Position numbers and translations under genes: made by a program | DNA from: a virus | Lineage: Duplodnaviria > Heunggongvirae > Uroviricota > Caudoviricetes | Strand: one strand, 5' to 3' | Virus record (IMG/VR): IMGVR_UViG_3300028797_000096 | Location: 141,860-205,859 of that record | DNA length: 64,000 nucleotides | The notes under the pieces: model-generated | The model's input: only the letters and a program-made list of their open reading frames with translations | Told to the model about the DNA's origin: nothing | Database searches by the model: none | In this document: positions 19,549 to 28,276 of the stretch, one piece after another | Layout: the number at the start of each line of letters is the position of its first letter | How positions within the stretch are numbered: position 1 is the first letter of the stretch

Positions 19549-19577
19549 AACCTAAGGAGTAATTCTTAGGTTTTTTA
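19549..19577 (+). terminator. Rho-independent terminator
   Basis: aacctaag-gagtaatt-cttaggtt followed by a T run. Confidence 0.7.
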
Positions 19578-19594
19578 TTACCAAAGGTTTTAAG

Positions 19595-20335
19595 ATGGAA
19601 CAACCATTAGTTTCAATAGTTTCTTTATTATATGATATAAAAAAAGAATATGTTAATGAATGTATTGAAAGCATACTAAATCAAACATATCAAAATTTGG
19701 AAATTATTTTTATCGATGATTGTTCTCCTAACATAAAATATAATTATATAAAAAAATTATCTCCAAAGATTAAATTAGTAAGAAACAAAACTAATTTAGG
19801 AATGAATAAAACTGCACAAAAAGTATTTAATTTAGCAACGGGTAAATATGTAGTTAGAATAGATAGTGACGATATAATAGATCCAACTTTGATAGAAAAA
19901 GAAGTAACTTTTTTAGAAAATAATCCTAATTATGGGGCGGTATGTTGTGAATTAAAAAGATTTGGTAAAAGACAACAGTATATACATAGACCAGTGCAGT
20001 GGAATTTAAAATCTGTATTATTTGGAAAGATTAATGGTTACGGATATGCCGGTGGAATGATGTTTAGGACTTCTTTGTTGTCAGAAATAGCTATTAATGA
20101 AAATTATAAAATGTGTGAAGATTTTGATTTTCATTTACAAATATTAGAAAGGATGCCAATAAAAAGTATTCTTGAACCATTATATTATTATAGAGCGCAT
20201 GAAACTAATTTATGTAATACTATCAAAACAGAAGAAAGATTACAAATTAATGCTACAATTTTAGCAGTGCATAGAAAATTATATACAGAAATGCATCTTT
20301 CTAAATTAAAGAAAAAAAGAGATAGGTATTTTTAA
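19595..20335 (+). CDS. Glycosyltransferase family 2 (GT-A)
   Basis: PLVSIV..Y...CIESILNQTYQNLEIIFIDDCS, NLG..N..ATGKYV.RIDSDD (DxD), EDFDFHL. Confidence 0.92.
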   Translation: MEQPLVSIVSLLYDIKKEYVNECIESILNQTYQNLEIIFIDDCSPNIKYNYIKKLSPKIKLVRNKTNLGMNKTAQKVFNLATGKYVVRIDSDDIIDPTLIEKEVTFLENNPNYGAVCCELKRFGKRQQYIHRPVQWNLKSVLFGKINGYGYAGGMMFRTSLLSEIAINENYKMCEDFDFHLQILERMPIKSILEPLYYYRAHETNLCNTIKTEERLQINATILAVHRKLYTEMHLSKLKKKRDRYF

Positions 20336-21123
20336 TGAATACAAATAATATGGATTTTGTATATATAATTAAACCTGGCGAAAAAGGTATAGATTTAAGA
20401 TATTCTCTTAGATCGATTGCTAAATATTATCCTAATAATAAAGTATGGATTATTGGATATAAGCCAGCTTGGGTTACAAATGTGGAATATCTTCCGGTTG
20501 AACAAAAAGGAACAAAATGGGCTAATTCTACTTTAAATGTAATCAAAGCTTGTGAATGCCCAAATATTTCAGATAATTTTATCTTAATGAATGATGATTT
20601 TTTTGCAATTAGTCCAATTTTACCGTTAGAAAAAGTAATTGATTCTAATCTAGGAAAATTAGATGATATTATTATTAGGTATAAATCACATGTTGGTGGT
20701 TGGGCAGATGGATTTGCTCATATAAAGAATTTATTAAATGAATTAGGCATTAGAAAACCTTTATATTCATATGAAGCACATTTACCTATAAAAATTAATA
20801 AACAAAAATTTTTAGAAGTAATTAATTTACCACTTGTTCAAGAATTTATGAAAACTTCAAAAGTATTACATAAACGAACTTTATATAAAAATTACGATAA
20901 ACCAAAAAAACCTTTTATATTATCATTTGATGTTAAAGTTACAGAAAAAAGAGATGATTCTTTAGATTTACTTAAAATATGTGGTTGGTTATCTGTAGCA
21001 GATAATATTGTAAATAATAGCAAGTTTAAAGATCTAAATACTTTATTAAATAATACTTTATCTCAACCTTGTAAATATGAGTTACAAAATATTAAAATAC
21101 ATAAAAAAGAAAAATATTTTTAA
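20335..21123 (+). CDS. Stealth-like / GT-A-fold sugar(-phosphate) transferase
   Basis: DFVYI...DLRYSLRSIAKYYP..KVWIIG...SDNFILMNDDFF resembles Stealth CR1/CR2 (D.VYT, ELRYSLRS, FI..NDD). TAATG-coupled to the GT2 gene. Confidence 0.65.
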   Translation: MNTNNMDFVYIIKPGEKGIDLRYSLRSIAKYYPNNKVWIIGYKPAWVTNVEYLPVEQKGTKWANSTLNVIKACECPNISDNFILMNDDFFAISPILPLEKVIDSNLGKLDDIIIRYKSHVGGWADGFAHIKNLLNELGIRKPLYSYEAHLPIKINKQKFLEVINLPLVQEFMKTSKVLHKRTLYKNYDKPKKPFILSFDVKVTEKRDDSLDLLKICGWLSVADNIVNNSKFKDLNTLLNNTLSQPCKYELQNIKIHKKEKYF

Positions 21124-21127
21124 GATA

Positions 21128-21154
21128 AAAAAACCTCCGAATAAAGGAGGTTTT
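21128..21154. terminator. Bidirectional terminator between convergent genes
   Basis: aaaaaacctcc-gaataaa-ggaggtttt. Confidence 0.8.
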
Positions 21155-21174
21155 AATTTATACTAAACATAAAA

Positions 21175-21432
21175 TTATTCAGTAACTGGTACATAACGTA
21201 GTACAGCACGAACTGCTAATTTACCAGCATCTGCACCGAACAAAATTTTCTTTGCAGATGTACGGAAAGAACGCAATTCTTTAACATCTGGAACAGATTC
21301 ACCAGATTCAACTTCAATGCCTGCAATTACATCAGCCATTGCAACGGGTTCTGTTAATGTTTCTACTACATCAGAATATACTGCATGTACCATTTCATCT
21401 TTATAAATATGAGATTTAACAACTGCTGTCAT
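21175..21432 (-). CDS. Hypothetical protein (85 aa), stand-alone transcription unit
   Basis: GAGGA SD; own GTTCTA motif (21520-21525), 5' hairpin and terminator. Confidence 0.65.
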   Translation of the reverse strand: MTAVVKSHIYKDEMVHAVYSDVVETLTEPVAMADVIAGIEVESGESVPDVKELRSFRTSAKKILFGADAGKLAVRAVLRYVPVTE

Positions 21433-21539
21433 TTTATTTTCCTCTAGTATTTATTAGCGCCTTATCAAATCTGAGGAATATTATTATTACGGCGCGCATA
21501 ATAATAATTCCTTATTTTATAGAACTAAATTCGATTATA

Positions 21540-21570
21540 GCTTTACAAGTTAATAAAATTTGTATATAAT
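21540..21570 (+). promoter_or_regulatory. Sigma70-type (early) promoter
   Basis: GC-TTTACA-N17-TATAAT. Confidence 0.72.
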
Positions 21571-21607
21571 AAATAATGTAATTTAAATAGAAAAAAAGGT
21601 TAAAATA

Positions 21608-22162
21608 ATGAAAACTTGTGATTATATTGAATCTATTGTTGCAATAGTACGCTTACAAAATACTATTACTTTTACACATTATGCAGATTTCTTTCTTAAA
21701 GGAGGAGGTGATGCAAATGGTTGTATACTAAATAAAATTATATATAAAGCTAATGATATATTACCAATATATGTAAGTCAAGCTGCCATAGATGAATTTA
21801 CAAGATTAGGTATATCTAACTATAAAGAAATGATTATACATGAAGTTTTAAATAGAAGTATGAAAAATCGAGCAACTCAGCAACAAACATATGCTATGTT
21901 TCGCAATCCAAAAGCAAAAATTTTTCATTTAGATCATAATGCACCAATGGCTTATATTTGTAAAAAAATAGCAGAAATTGATTATAAACAAGATGAAGAA
22001 TACATCAGAAATGAAATACTTAATTTACTTACAAAAGAAAGTGGGATTGATTGTATTACGGTTGCTGAAAATAAATTACGTAATAAGGGTACAGATGCAA
22101 ATAATAAAAGCCGAAAAGAACGTATTAAAATGAGTAAGTCTATAATGATTCGATTAAAATAA
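21608..22162 (+). CDS. Hypothetical protein, possible His-Me-finger (HNH-like) nuclease
   Basis: FHLDHNAP....CITVAENKLRN loosely fits the xHxxP...N His-Me pattern; weak. Confidence 0.4.
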   Translation: MKTCDYIESIVAIVRLQNTITFTHYADFFLKGGGDANGCILNKIIYKANDILPIYVSQAAIDEFTRLGISNYKEMIIHEVLNRSMKNRATQQQTYAMFRNPKAKIFHLDHNAPMAYICKKIAEIDYKQDEEYIRNEILNLLTKESGIDCITVAENKLRNKGTDANNKSRKERIKMSKSIMIRLK

Positions 22163-22165
22163 AGA

Positions 22166-22828
22166 TTATACTTTTTTTAATACATGAACACGTGAATCTT
22201 TTTCGCACAAACTAGTAGCTCCTACTCTAAAATTTGTAGGAGTTATTATTTTATTCCGTACAAAGTTAGGTTGTGTATCATTTGTAAAAACTGCCCCACA
22301 ACACCATACCATCAAATCATTATTTAAAGTATCAATAAAGGCTATTTTAGAGCGATGATCTTTTTGATTACCTTCAAAATTTTCAAATGTATGCAGCATT
22401 TTTACTTTATCAGATAATTTACCTGTAATAATCTGAGATCCTCCCAAAAAATAGCATTGATCAGTTAAAGACAGTGCTTTTTTTATAAAGGGTTTTAACA
22501 ACGAAAACGGAGGATTGCCTATAATAAAGCAATCTTTTAAGCTAGTACAAGAATCATTTAAAAAGTCTTGCTGTATAACGGTTGAATCTAATGGGCATAA
22601 ATCATAACTTTTACAAGTTATACCTTTACTACGAATATATTTTTCCCATCTACCATCTGCAGCACAAGGATCTACCCAAGTTTTTTCTCTTAATTCAGGA
22701 TATGTATCAAGTAAATCATCTACAATCAATTTTATAATAAAATCGGGAGTAAAATATAACTCACGATTTTTACCGCGTTTACTTGTATTTCTATTTTTAA
22801 AATAATGCTGTTTTGTTGAATCTGACAT
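22166..22828 (-). CDS. N6-adenine DNA methyltransferase (orphan)
   Basis: YFTP, WVDPCAADG (motif I), DFL, IIGNPPF (motif IV). Confidence 0.85.
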   Translation of the reverse strand: MSDSTKQHYFKNRNTSKRGKNRELYFTPDFIIKLIVDDLLDTYPELREKTWVDPCAADGRWEKYIRSKGITCKSYDLCPLDSTVIQQDFLNDSCTSLKDCFIIGNPPFSLLKPFIKKALSLTDQCYFLGGSQIITGKLSDKVKMLHTFENFEGNQKDHRSKIAFIDTLNNDLMVWCCGAVFTNDTQPNFVRNKIITPTNFRVGATSLCEKDSRVHVLKKV

Positions 22829-22878
22829 ATAATATAGAACTCTAAAAAGTATTTTATATAAAATATTATTTTTCCAAT

Positions 22879-23466
22879 TTATCTCTTTTTTCTCATTTCT
22901 CTGTCATAGCACTGACGACATACAGATTTATAAACAACATGTCCATCATCAATATCTATAGTTTTACTTTCTCTAATTAAATAACCAGAAGGATGATATC
23001 GTAAATGATGATTTGCAGTATTCATACAACCTATCATTTGACAAGTAGTCCTTAATTCGTGTAATTTAGCCCCTACTTCAATTAAATGTTTAGAAGCAGG
23101 AAATAACTTTTCGTTTACATCTGTTAATAAACCATAACAAAAAATTAATCTATCATATGTATCTGCAAGTTTGACTAAACTATCTATATCTTTTGGCTTA
23201 AAAAATTGAACTTCATCTACCATATATATTTTAGAATAAAATTCTCGCATTTGGATAATGTCTTCCCATTTAATCTCTTTCATAATAGTTGCTGGGCATT
23301 CTAATCCAATTCTAGAAGTAATTTTTGGTTCTTCTGTCCTGCTATCAGCTTTAGGTTTAATTACCCAAACATCGGCATTTTTTTGTTCAAAGTTATATCT
23401 TTCTTGTATTAAATGAGAACTTTTACCTGCTGCCATTGTTCCATAAAAGAAATGAAGATTTGCCAT
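22879..23466 (-). CDS. tdk: Thymidine kinase (TK1 type)
   Basis: YGTMAAGKS Walker A, VDEVQF, YGLLTD, Zn ligands CQMIGC and CRQC. Likely start is MANLHF at 23466 (track 23502). Confidence 0.93.
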   Translation of the reverse strand: MANLHFFYGTMAAGKSSHLIQERYNFEQKNADVWVIKPKADSRTEEPKITSRIGLECPATIMKEIKWEDIIQMREFYSKIYMVDEVQFFKPKDIDSLVKLADTYDRLIFCYGLLTDVNEKLFPASKHLIEVGAKLHELRTTCQMIGCMNTANHHLRYHPSGYLIRESKTIDIDDGHVVYKSVCRQCYDREMRKKR

Positions 23467-23482
23467 TGTATACCTTTTTATT

Positions 23483-23512
23483 AAAAAAGAGGTATATTTC
23501 AACCTCTTTTTT
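23483..23512. terminator. Hairpin/terminator between nrdD C-part and tdk
   Basis: aaaaaagagg-tatatttcaa-cctctttttt. Confidence 0.65.
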
Positions 23513-23520
23513 TGAGAAGT

Positions 23521-23952
23521 TTAGATTAACTGTTCCTTAAGTTGTTCTGCTTTAATAAACTTACGATTTGGAAAATCTTCTTTTCTACGAGTAGGATTCC
23601 AGTTTTCTACAATTGAAAAATATCCAATTACACGAGAAAAATGATTTAATTTTTTACTAGCACAGTGTGGACATATTTCAAAGTTACCTTTTTCTACTTT
23701 ATGGCATTCACGACATTCTGTATAAACACAATTCAAAGCAAAATGTTCTGCACCTGCATCAATTGCTTTCATAATCATATTTTTAGCTTGTTGTGAAGTT
23801 AATTTACTATCTACTGAATAGTGAACAATAGATCCACCTGTCATAAGTGAATTAATTTCACCATCTCGTTTCATTTTTTCAGAGATTGTAAAATCTTCCC
23901 ATAAACTGCACCATTGATTAGCATATATATCTTCCATTTTTCTTTTACGCAT
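23521..23952 (-). CDS. nrdD: Anaerobic (class III) ribonucleotide reductase, C-terminal glycyl-radical part
   Basis: GGSIVH, Zn ribbon CRECH...CPHC, glycyl-radical motif SRVIGYF. Own AGGAG SD. Confidence 0.9.
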   Translation of the reverse strand: MRKRKMEDIYANQWCSLWEDFTISEKMKRDGEINSLMTGGSIVHYSVDSKLTSQQAKNMIMKAIDAGAEHFALNCVYTECRECHKVEKGNFEICPHCASKKLNHFSRVIGYFSIVENWNPTRRKEDFPNRKFIKAEQLKEQLI

Positions 23953-23961
23953 TTTTTACTC

Positions 23962-25716
23962 CTATTCGTATAAGTAATCACCATTTTCATCAGCAAAAAT
24001 TAGTTTATCTGCTTTAGCAATCTTTGGCGCAGCACCTTCGGCTGGGATTGCTTCAATATTAAAAATAATGTTTTCTTGAGTAGCAATTCTTTGACATTCA
24101 TCATTGAAATACACTAAGAAATCTTTCATGTAATCAAAATCGATATGATCAAATTTAAATTTTAAGATCTTATCAGCTTCTACATATCCGACACAACCAA
24201 AAGTACTAAACATATGAGACATATCAATCCATCCATTAGAAATCCAAGGTTGCTTACCTAATTCTTCTAATTTTAAGATTAAAACTTTATGTGCTTTTAA
24301 AATCTTACCCATTCTAGCAACACGCTCTGCTACAATCTTTTTAAAGTCATCATAAGATTCGGCTTCATAAGCACATCTAGCAAAATTAATAGTTACTACA
24401 CGATGTGAGCCTAAAGAGACCTGTGAACCACCAAATGAATTAACACCACCTGCATATGCTAAAAAGTCAGAATCGCTTAATAAACGACAGCATGAAGCAA
24501 CTTTTGAACCTTCTGAAGCATAAATATTATAACGAGAAATATCTGCATTCTTGGTCAAATAATCAAGCAATTTATTATCTTCATATGTTAACTTATTATT
24601 ACCGCTTTCATCTTTAGTAGTACCAAAGTTACAGGTAGTTACAGGAAATGGAAATTGTAAACCACCACGTAATGGATCACCTTCATCGAAGACATCAATA
24701 TAAATTTCTTGTAATTCTTCAATATAATCTAAAACAAATTCTTTCCAAGCTTCTTTTGTATCTTCTATATTATTATCTTCGCATACTGCTGCTTTTTTAG
24801 GAAAATACCAACCATAATTATCATCTTCGATTAAACCTTCTAATTTGTTTTTATCAAATAACGATACATTGGTAAAAGGTGATTCTACAGCATTACGAGA
24901 ATAATGATTTACTGTATGAATAAATTGCTGGAAATGATTTGCCATAGATTTCCGTACTTTTTTGTCATTTCTAAGGTCATCTAAAGCAATACGTTCACGG
25001 TAAATTGCCAAATGACAAACATCCATAAAGAAAGTACCAATGGCTACAGCACCTGCAATATTAAAGGAAATTTCACGAATTGTATCTCCTAATACTGAAA
25101 TATAAGTAGAAATACGATGAGCAGGTGAAGAATGTACTTGACCAAAATTACGACCTTCTGTTACAATTTTAGAAGCATCGATACAATAACAATATGGAAT
25201 AAGGATTTTAGTAGAATCGTTTAAAAAAAGACTAAAATCATACATATCTGCTGTACATTTTTTAGCCTCTTCTTTACCATATAAATCTTTAATAGTTTGA
25301 TATAAATAATCATATCCTGCTAATTTTTGATATGGTAGAAATGATTCTACACAAACACCTGTCATATTTGAATCTGTTTTATTTGCATTATCATCAATAG
25401 ATACATCATTTACAGACTGAAGATTACCAAATACTTGTTTGGAGATATTAGCTAATGGATCAAAATTTTCAGCAGATAAACCATGTAATTTAAGTAATTC
25501 ATTTACTTTATCTTTTAAAACTTCTTTATCTTTAATATCATACTTAGACCGAAGCGCTTTCGTTAATGTTTCTGTAATATTTTTTAAAGTACGAGTAGTT
25601 GTAGCATCAGACAAATTTGCATCAATAAGCTTATTCATCTCATCCTGATATGGATTTTCCATATTATTATCGAATTCAGGAAACTTAATTTTAATCGCTT
25701 TCTTTTCTTCGGTCAT
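23962..25716 (-). CDS. nrdD: Anaerobic (class III) ribonucleotide reductase, N-terminal catalytic part (no ATP cone)
   Basis: ESPFTNVS, FPFPVTT, ASCCRL finger loop, LGSHRVVTIN, FSTFGCVG, NIEAIPAEG. Ends at TAG. Confidence 0.9.
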   Translation of the reverse strand: MTEEKKAIKIKFPEFDNNMENPYQDEMNKLIDANLSDATTTRTLKNITETLTKALRSKYDIKDKEVLKDKVNELLKLHGLSAENFDPLANISKQVFGNLQSVNDVSIDDNANKTDSNMTGVCVESFLPYQKLAGYDYLYQTIKDLYGKEEAKKCTADMYDFSLFLNDSTKILIPYCYCIDASKIVTEGRNFGQVHSSPAHRISTYISVLGDTIREISFNIAGAVAIGTFFMDVCHLAIYRERIALDDLRNDKKVRKSMANHFQQFIHTVNHYSRNAVESPFTNVSLFDKNKLEGLIEDDNYGWYFPKKAAVCEDNNIEDTKEAWKEFVLDYIEELQEIYIDVFDEGDPLRGGLQFPFPVTTCNFGTTKDESGNNKLTYEDNKLLDYLTKNADISRYNIYASEGSKVASCCRLLSDSDFLAYAGGVNSFGGSQVSLGSHRVVTINFARCAYEAESYDDFKKIVAERVARMGKILKAHKVLILKLEELGKQPWISNGWIDMSHMFSTFGCVGYVEADKILKFKFDHIDFDYMKDFLVYFNDECQRIATQENIIFNIEAIPAEGAAPKIAKADKLIFADENGDYLYE

Positions 25717-25730
25717 TTTTATACTCCATG

Positions 25731-26246
25731 TTATTTAGTAAAATAGTATCTTCCATCTTTAGATATTTGATTATAGTTTTTATCAAATAAGTTTTGTGTT
25801 GTATTTACAAATTGGATATATTCATCTGTTTTTTTAGATTCGCGCATAGAATGAGCATCAAATTTACCACACTTAATAAAAGTAAATCCATTTAAACCCA
25901 TTTCCTTAACTTCCTCTATATCATATCCTGTATAAATACAAATATCATATTTATATTCTGTATTATTACCTAAAAGTTCACAAATATGAATAGTTAAATT
26001 TCTATTACATGGATTTAATGGATCACCACCAGATAAAACTATCTTATTAGTCTCATTTCTTAAACACAACTTTTGAATTTCTAATATAATAGATTGTTCT
26101 TGATCATATGTCCATTCTTCATGTAATTCTTGTAATTTTGGATTTTGACATCCTAAACAGTTATGTGAGCATCCAGACATAATTACTACAACAGCGAGAT
26201 CGTCTGGATTAGGATAATCTAAAAATGTAGTTTCAAAGCTTATCAT
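25731..26246 (-). CDS. nrdG: Anaerobic RNR activating radical-SAM protein
   Basis: GCSHNCLGCQN (CxxxCxxC), VLSGGDP, IYTGY; adjacent to nrdD. Confidence 0.92.
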   Translation of the reverse strand: MISFETTFLDYPNPDDLAVVVIMSGCSHNCLGCQNPKLQELHEEWTYDQEQSIILEIQKLCLRNETNKIVLSGGDPLNPCNRNLTIHICELLGNNTEYKYDICIYTGYDIEEVKEMGLNGFTFIKCGKFDAHSMRESKKTDEYIQFVNTTQNLFDKNYNQISKDGRYYFTK

Positions 26247-26252
26247 ATTAAA

Positions 26253-26507
26253 TTATAAGGATTTTAATGTATCACGTAAAATTTCTTGTTTAACTACTAT
26301 AGTATCTTTACCTTCTTGTTCGATTACAAAAGTGGGTGCAGATTTAATACCATATTTAGTAGCATATTCCATTGCTTCTGGATTTTGACCAAAAATTAAC
26401 ACATCATAAGTATTATTTGGAAATTCTGCTTGTATTTGCTGATATTCTGGCTCAAACTGCTTACATCTTTGACAATTTGGTGTTTTGATCTCTATAATAT
26501 GTGCCAT
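26253..26507 (-). CDS. Thioredoxin/glutaredoxin-like protein
   Basis: TPNCQRCKQFEP (CxxC); YGIKSAPTF (cis-Pro motif). Confidence 0.85.
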   Translation of the reverse strand: MAHIIEIKTPNCQRCKQFEPEYQQIQAEFPNNTYDVLIFGQNPEAMEYATKYGIKSAPTFVIEQEGKDTIVVKQEILRDTLKSL

Positions 26508-26621
26508 TATATTACTCCTTTTATATACTTTGATATATTATAGAACAGCTTAGATATCATTATCTAAGTCATAAAAATTTCCATTTTAATTAATTTTTCC
26601 GGGGATATTTTTTAGAAAATT

Positions 26622-27680
26622 TTACTTATAAAAATCAGTCTCGTGACTAAAAGGCTTTTTATGGCGAGGCTTTTTTTCTAGAGAAGGTTTCTCTATTTTT
26701 TCTTCTTTAGTAGTAACTGGATTAGAGAAAATTTTTTGAAAAGGATTAGATTTTTTTGCTTCAGACTTAGTACTTTCTTCTTTTATAGTAGATTTTTCTT
26801 TTATTTCTGGCTCGATTTTTACTTTTTTCTTTAAAATTTTCTTCTTTTTTGAAGGTTTTTCTTTAATTACTTCTTTTTCTACTATAATTTCTTTAACTAC
26901 TTCTTCTTTTTCTGGATCTTTTTTATTTTTACGAGTATTTACGGCTAAAACAATAGATAATTGAAGATAATCTAATCCACAAATAACTAATAATATAATA
27001 ACAGTTAAAGCAGTTTGTAGTCCATCATAGGTTTTACAATCGGTGTTTGGTAATATACGACAAACAGTGGTTAAAACTCCAGCAATTTCACCTTGATTCT
27101 TTACATTTTTATTAACAGCTTCTTGGGTGGTATCTAAATCTTGGTTTGCAGTTTTCATTGCTTCTTTTAAAGCAGTAGAAGCATTACGATCTAATCTTCT
27201 TTTAGTATTATTACACTTGTTTTCAGCATCTACATTGCCATTAGCACGTTTCATACAATTTTCATAATCTTTTGAATTCCAATCCATACTTTTTTGATAT
27301 TCAGATTGCGCAATAGATGCCAAATCTGTAGATCTAGTTTGTTTAATTTCGGCATTGTCTTGTGCTTTGTTATAAGAAGCAGCTTCAATCATAGCCGTCT
27401 GTATAGATTCTGGTATCATAGAATTAAGTTTATTATATACACCTACTGCAGAATAAACAAATAATAAACTTAGTATTAATGTAATAATCCATTTAATAAA
27501 TCTAAGATTTTTCCATTCATCAACAACAAAATTTAATACAAGGAATCGACCTAAATCGATAATTAAAAATATAATAAATAACCCTTGAAATAATTCTGCC
27601 ATTCCAAGAGCTGTTAAAAGTGATGAAGTTAAAGCTAAGATACCCGCTACGAGTATCATCAATTTATATTTAAAACCCAT
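26622..27680 (-). CDS. Multi-TM membrane protein with coiled coil and Lys/Glu-rich tail
   Basis: Three N-terminal hydrophobic segments, a helical region with paired Cys, a further TM and a charged tail. Confidence 0.65.
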   Translation of the reverse strand: MGFKYKLMILVAGILALTSSLLTALGMAELFQGLFIIFLIIDLGRFLVLNFVVDEWKNLRFIKWIITLILSLLFVYSAVGVYNKLNSMIPESIQTAMIEAASYNKAQDNAEIKQTRSTDLASIAQSEYQKSMDWNSKDYENCMKRANGNVDAENKCNNTKRRLDRNASTALKEAMKTANQDLDTTQEAVNKNVKNQGEIAGVLTTVCRILPNTDCKTYDGLQTALTVIILLVICGLDYLQLSIVLAVNTRKNKKDPEKEEVVKEIIVEKEVIKEKPSKKKKILKKKVKIEPEIKEKSTIKEESTKSEAKKSNPFQKIFSNPVTTKEEKIEKPSLEKKPRHKKPFSHETDFYK

Positions 27681-27707
27681 AGTATTATATTAGAACTATG
27701 GGTTTTG

Positions 27708-27947
27708 TTATGCTAATCTAGTAATAAAAATAACTTTTTCAAAATCTGCTAAGCAAATACTTTCATCAAAAGGTTTTATATGTGTTCGTACAGAAAGCTG
27801 TTTATATTTACGATCAGGAAATCTTTTTTTTACAGTAGCAATGTTATCAGCAACATATCCATTGGATTTTTTAGTCCATATTTCAGATCCAACTGGCATA
27901 TCTTCTAATTTTGTTAGTAAACTGTCTAAAGAACGCTTTTTTACCAT
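27708..27947 (-). CDS. Hypothetical protein
   Basis: AAGGAG SD; early-type promoter upstream. Confidence 0.6.
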   Translation of the reverse strand: MVKKRSLDSLLTKLEDMPVGSEIWTKKSNGYVADNIATVKKRFPDRKYKQLSVRTHIKPFDESICLADFEKVIFITRLA

Positions 27948-27976
27948 AAGTGTCTCCTTATTTATTAACTATATAT

Positions 27977-28007
27977 ATTATACAAGCAATTATTGAAAAA
28001 GTAAAGC
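27977..28007 (-). promoter_or_regulatory. Sigma70-type (early) promoter
   Basis: Minus strand GC-TTTACT-N17-TATAAT. Confidence 0.7.
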
Positions 28008-28078
28008 ATTATATTAACTATTTTTTATATATAGTTAATGGACTAAAATTCAAATAAGCGATTGTTTTTAGATAAAAA

Positions 28079-28243
28079 TTACTTAGAAATACAACCCATT
28101 GGACATACTGTTGCGCATGAACCACAATTTAAACATTTACTTTGATCTATTTCAGATTTACCATTTTTAAACCGAATTGCACCTGCAGGACACATCGCTT
28201 GACATGCACCACAACCAATACAAATATTTTGATCTACTTGCAT
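28079..28243 (-). CDS. 2[4Fe-4S] ferredoxin (54 aa; not in ORF track)
   Basis: MQVDQNICIGCGACQAMCPAGAIRFKNGKSEIDQSKCLNCGSCATVCPMGCISK*. Two CxxCxxCxxxCP motifs; AAGGAG SD. Confidence 0.95.
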   Translation of the reverse strand: MQVDQNICIGCGACQAMCPAGAIRFKNGKSEIDQSKCLNCGSCATVCPMGCISK

Positions 28244-28276
28244 AATTTCACTCCTTAAATATAAATATAGAACAGA

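Noticed and set aside
23950-23965. Stop-codon reassignment (TAG read as Gln) as the explanation for the nrdD split
   Set aside because: TAG is followed two codons later by an in-frame TAA. Long genes are intact under code 11, and TAG and TGA end other genes (34801, 10869, 49829, 8736).
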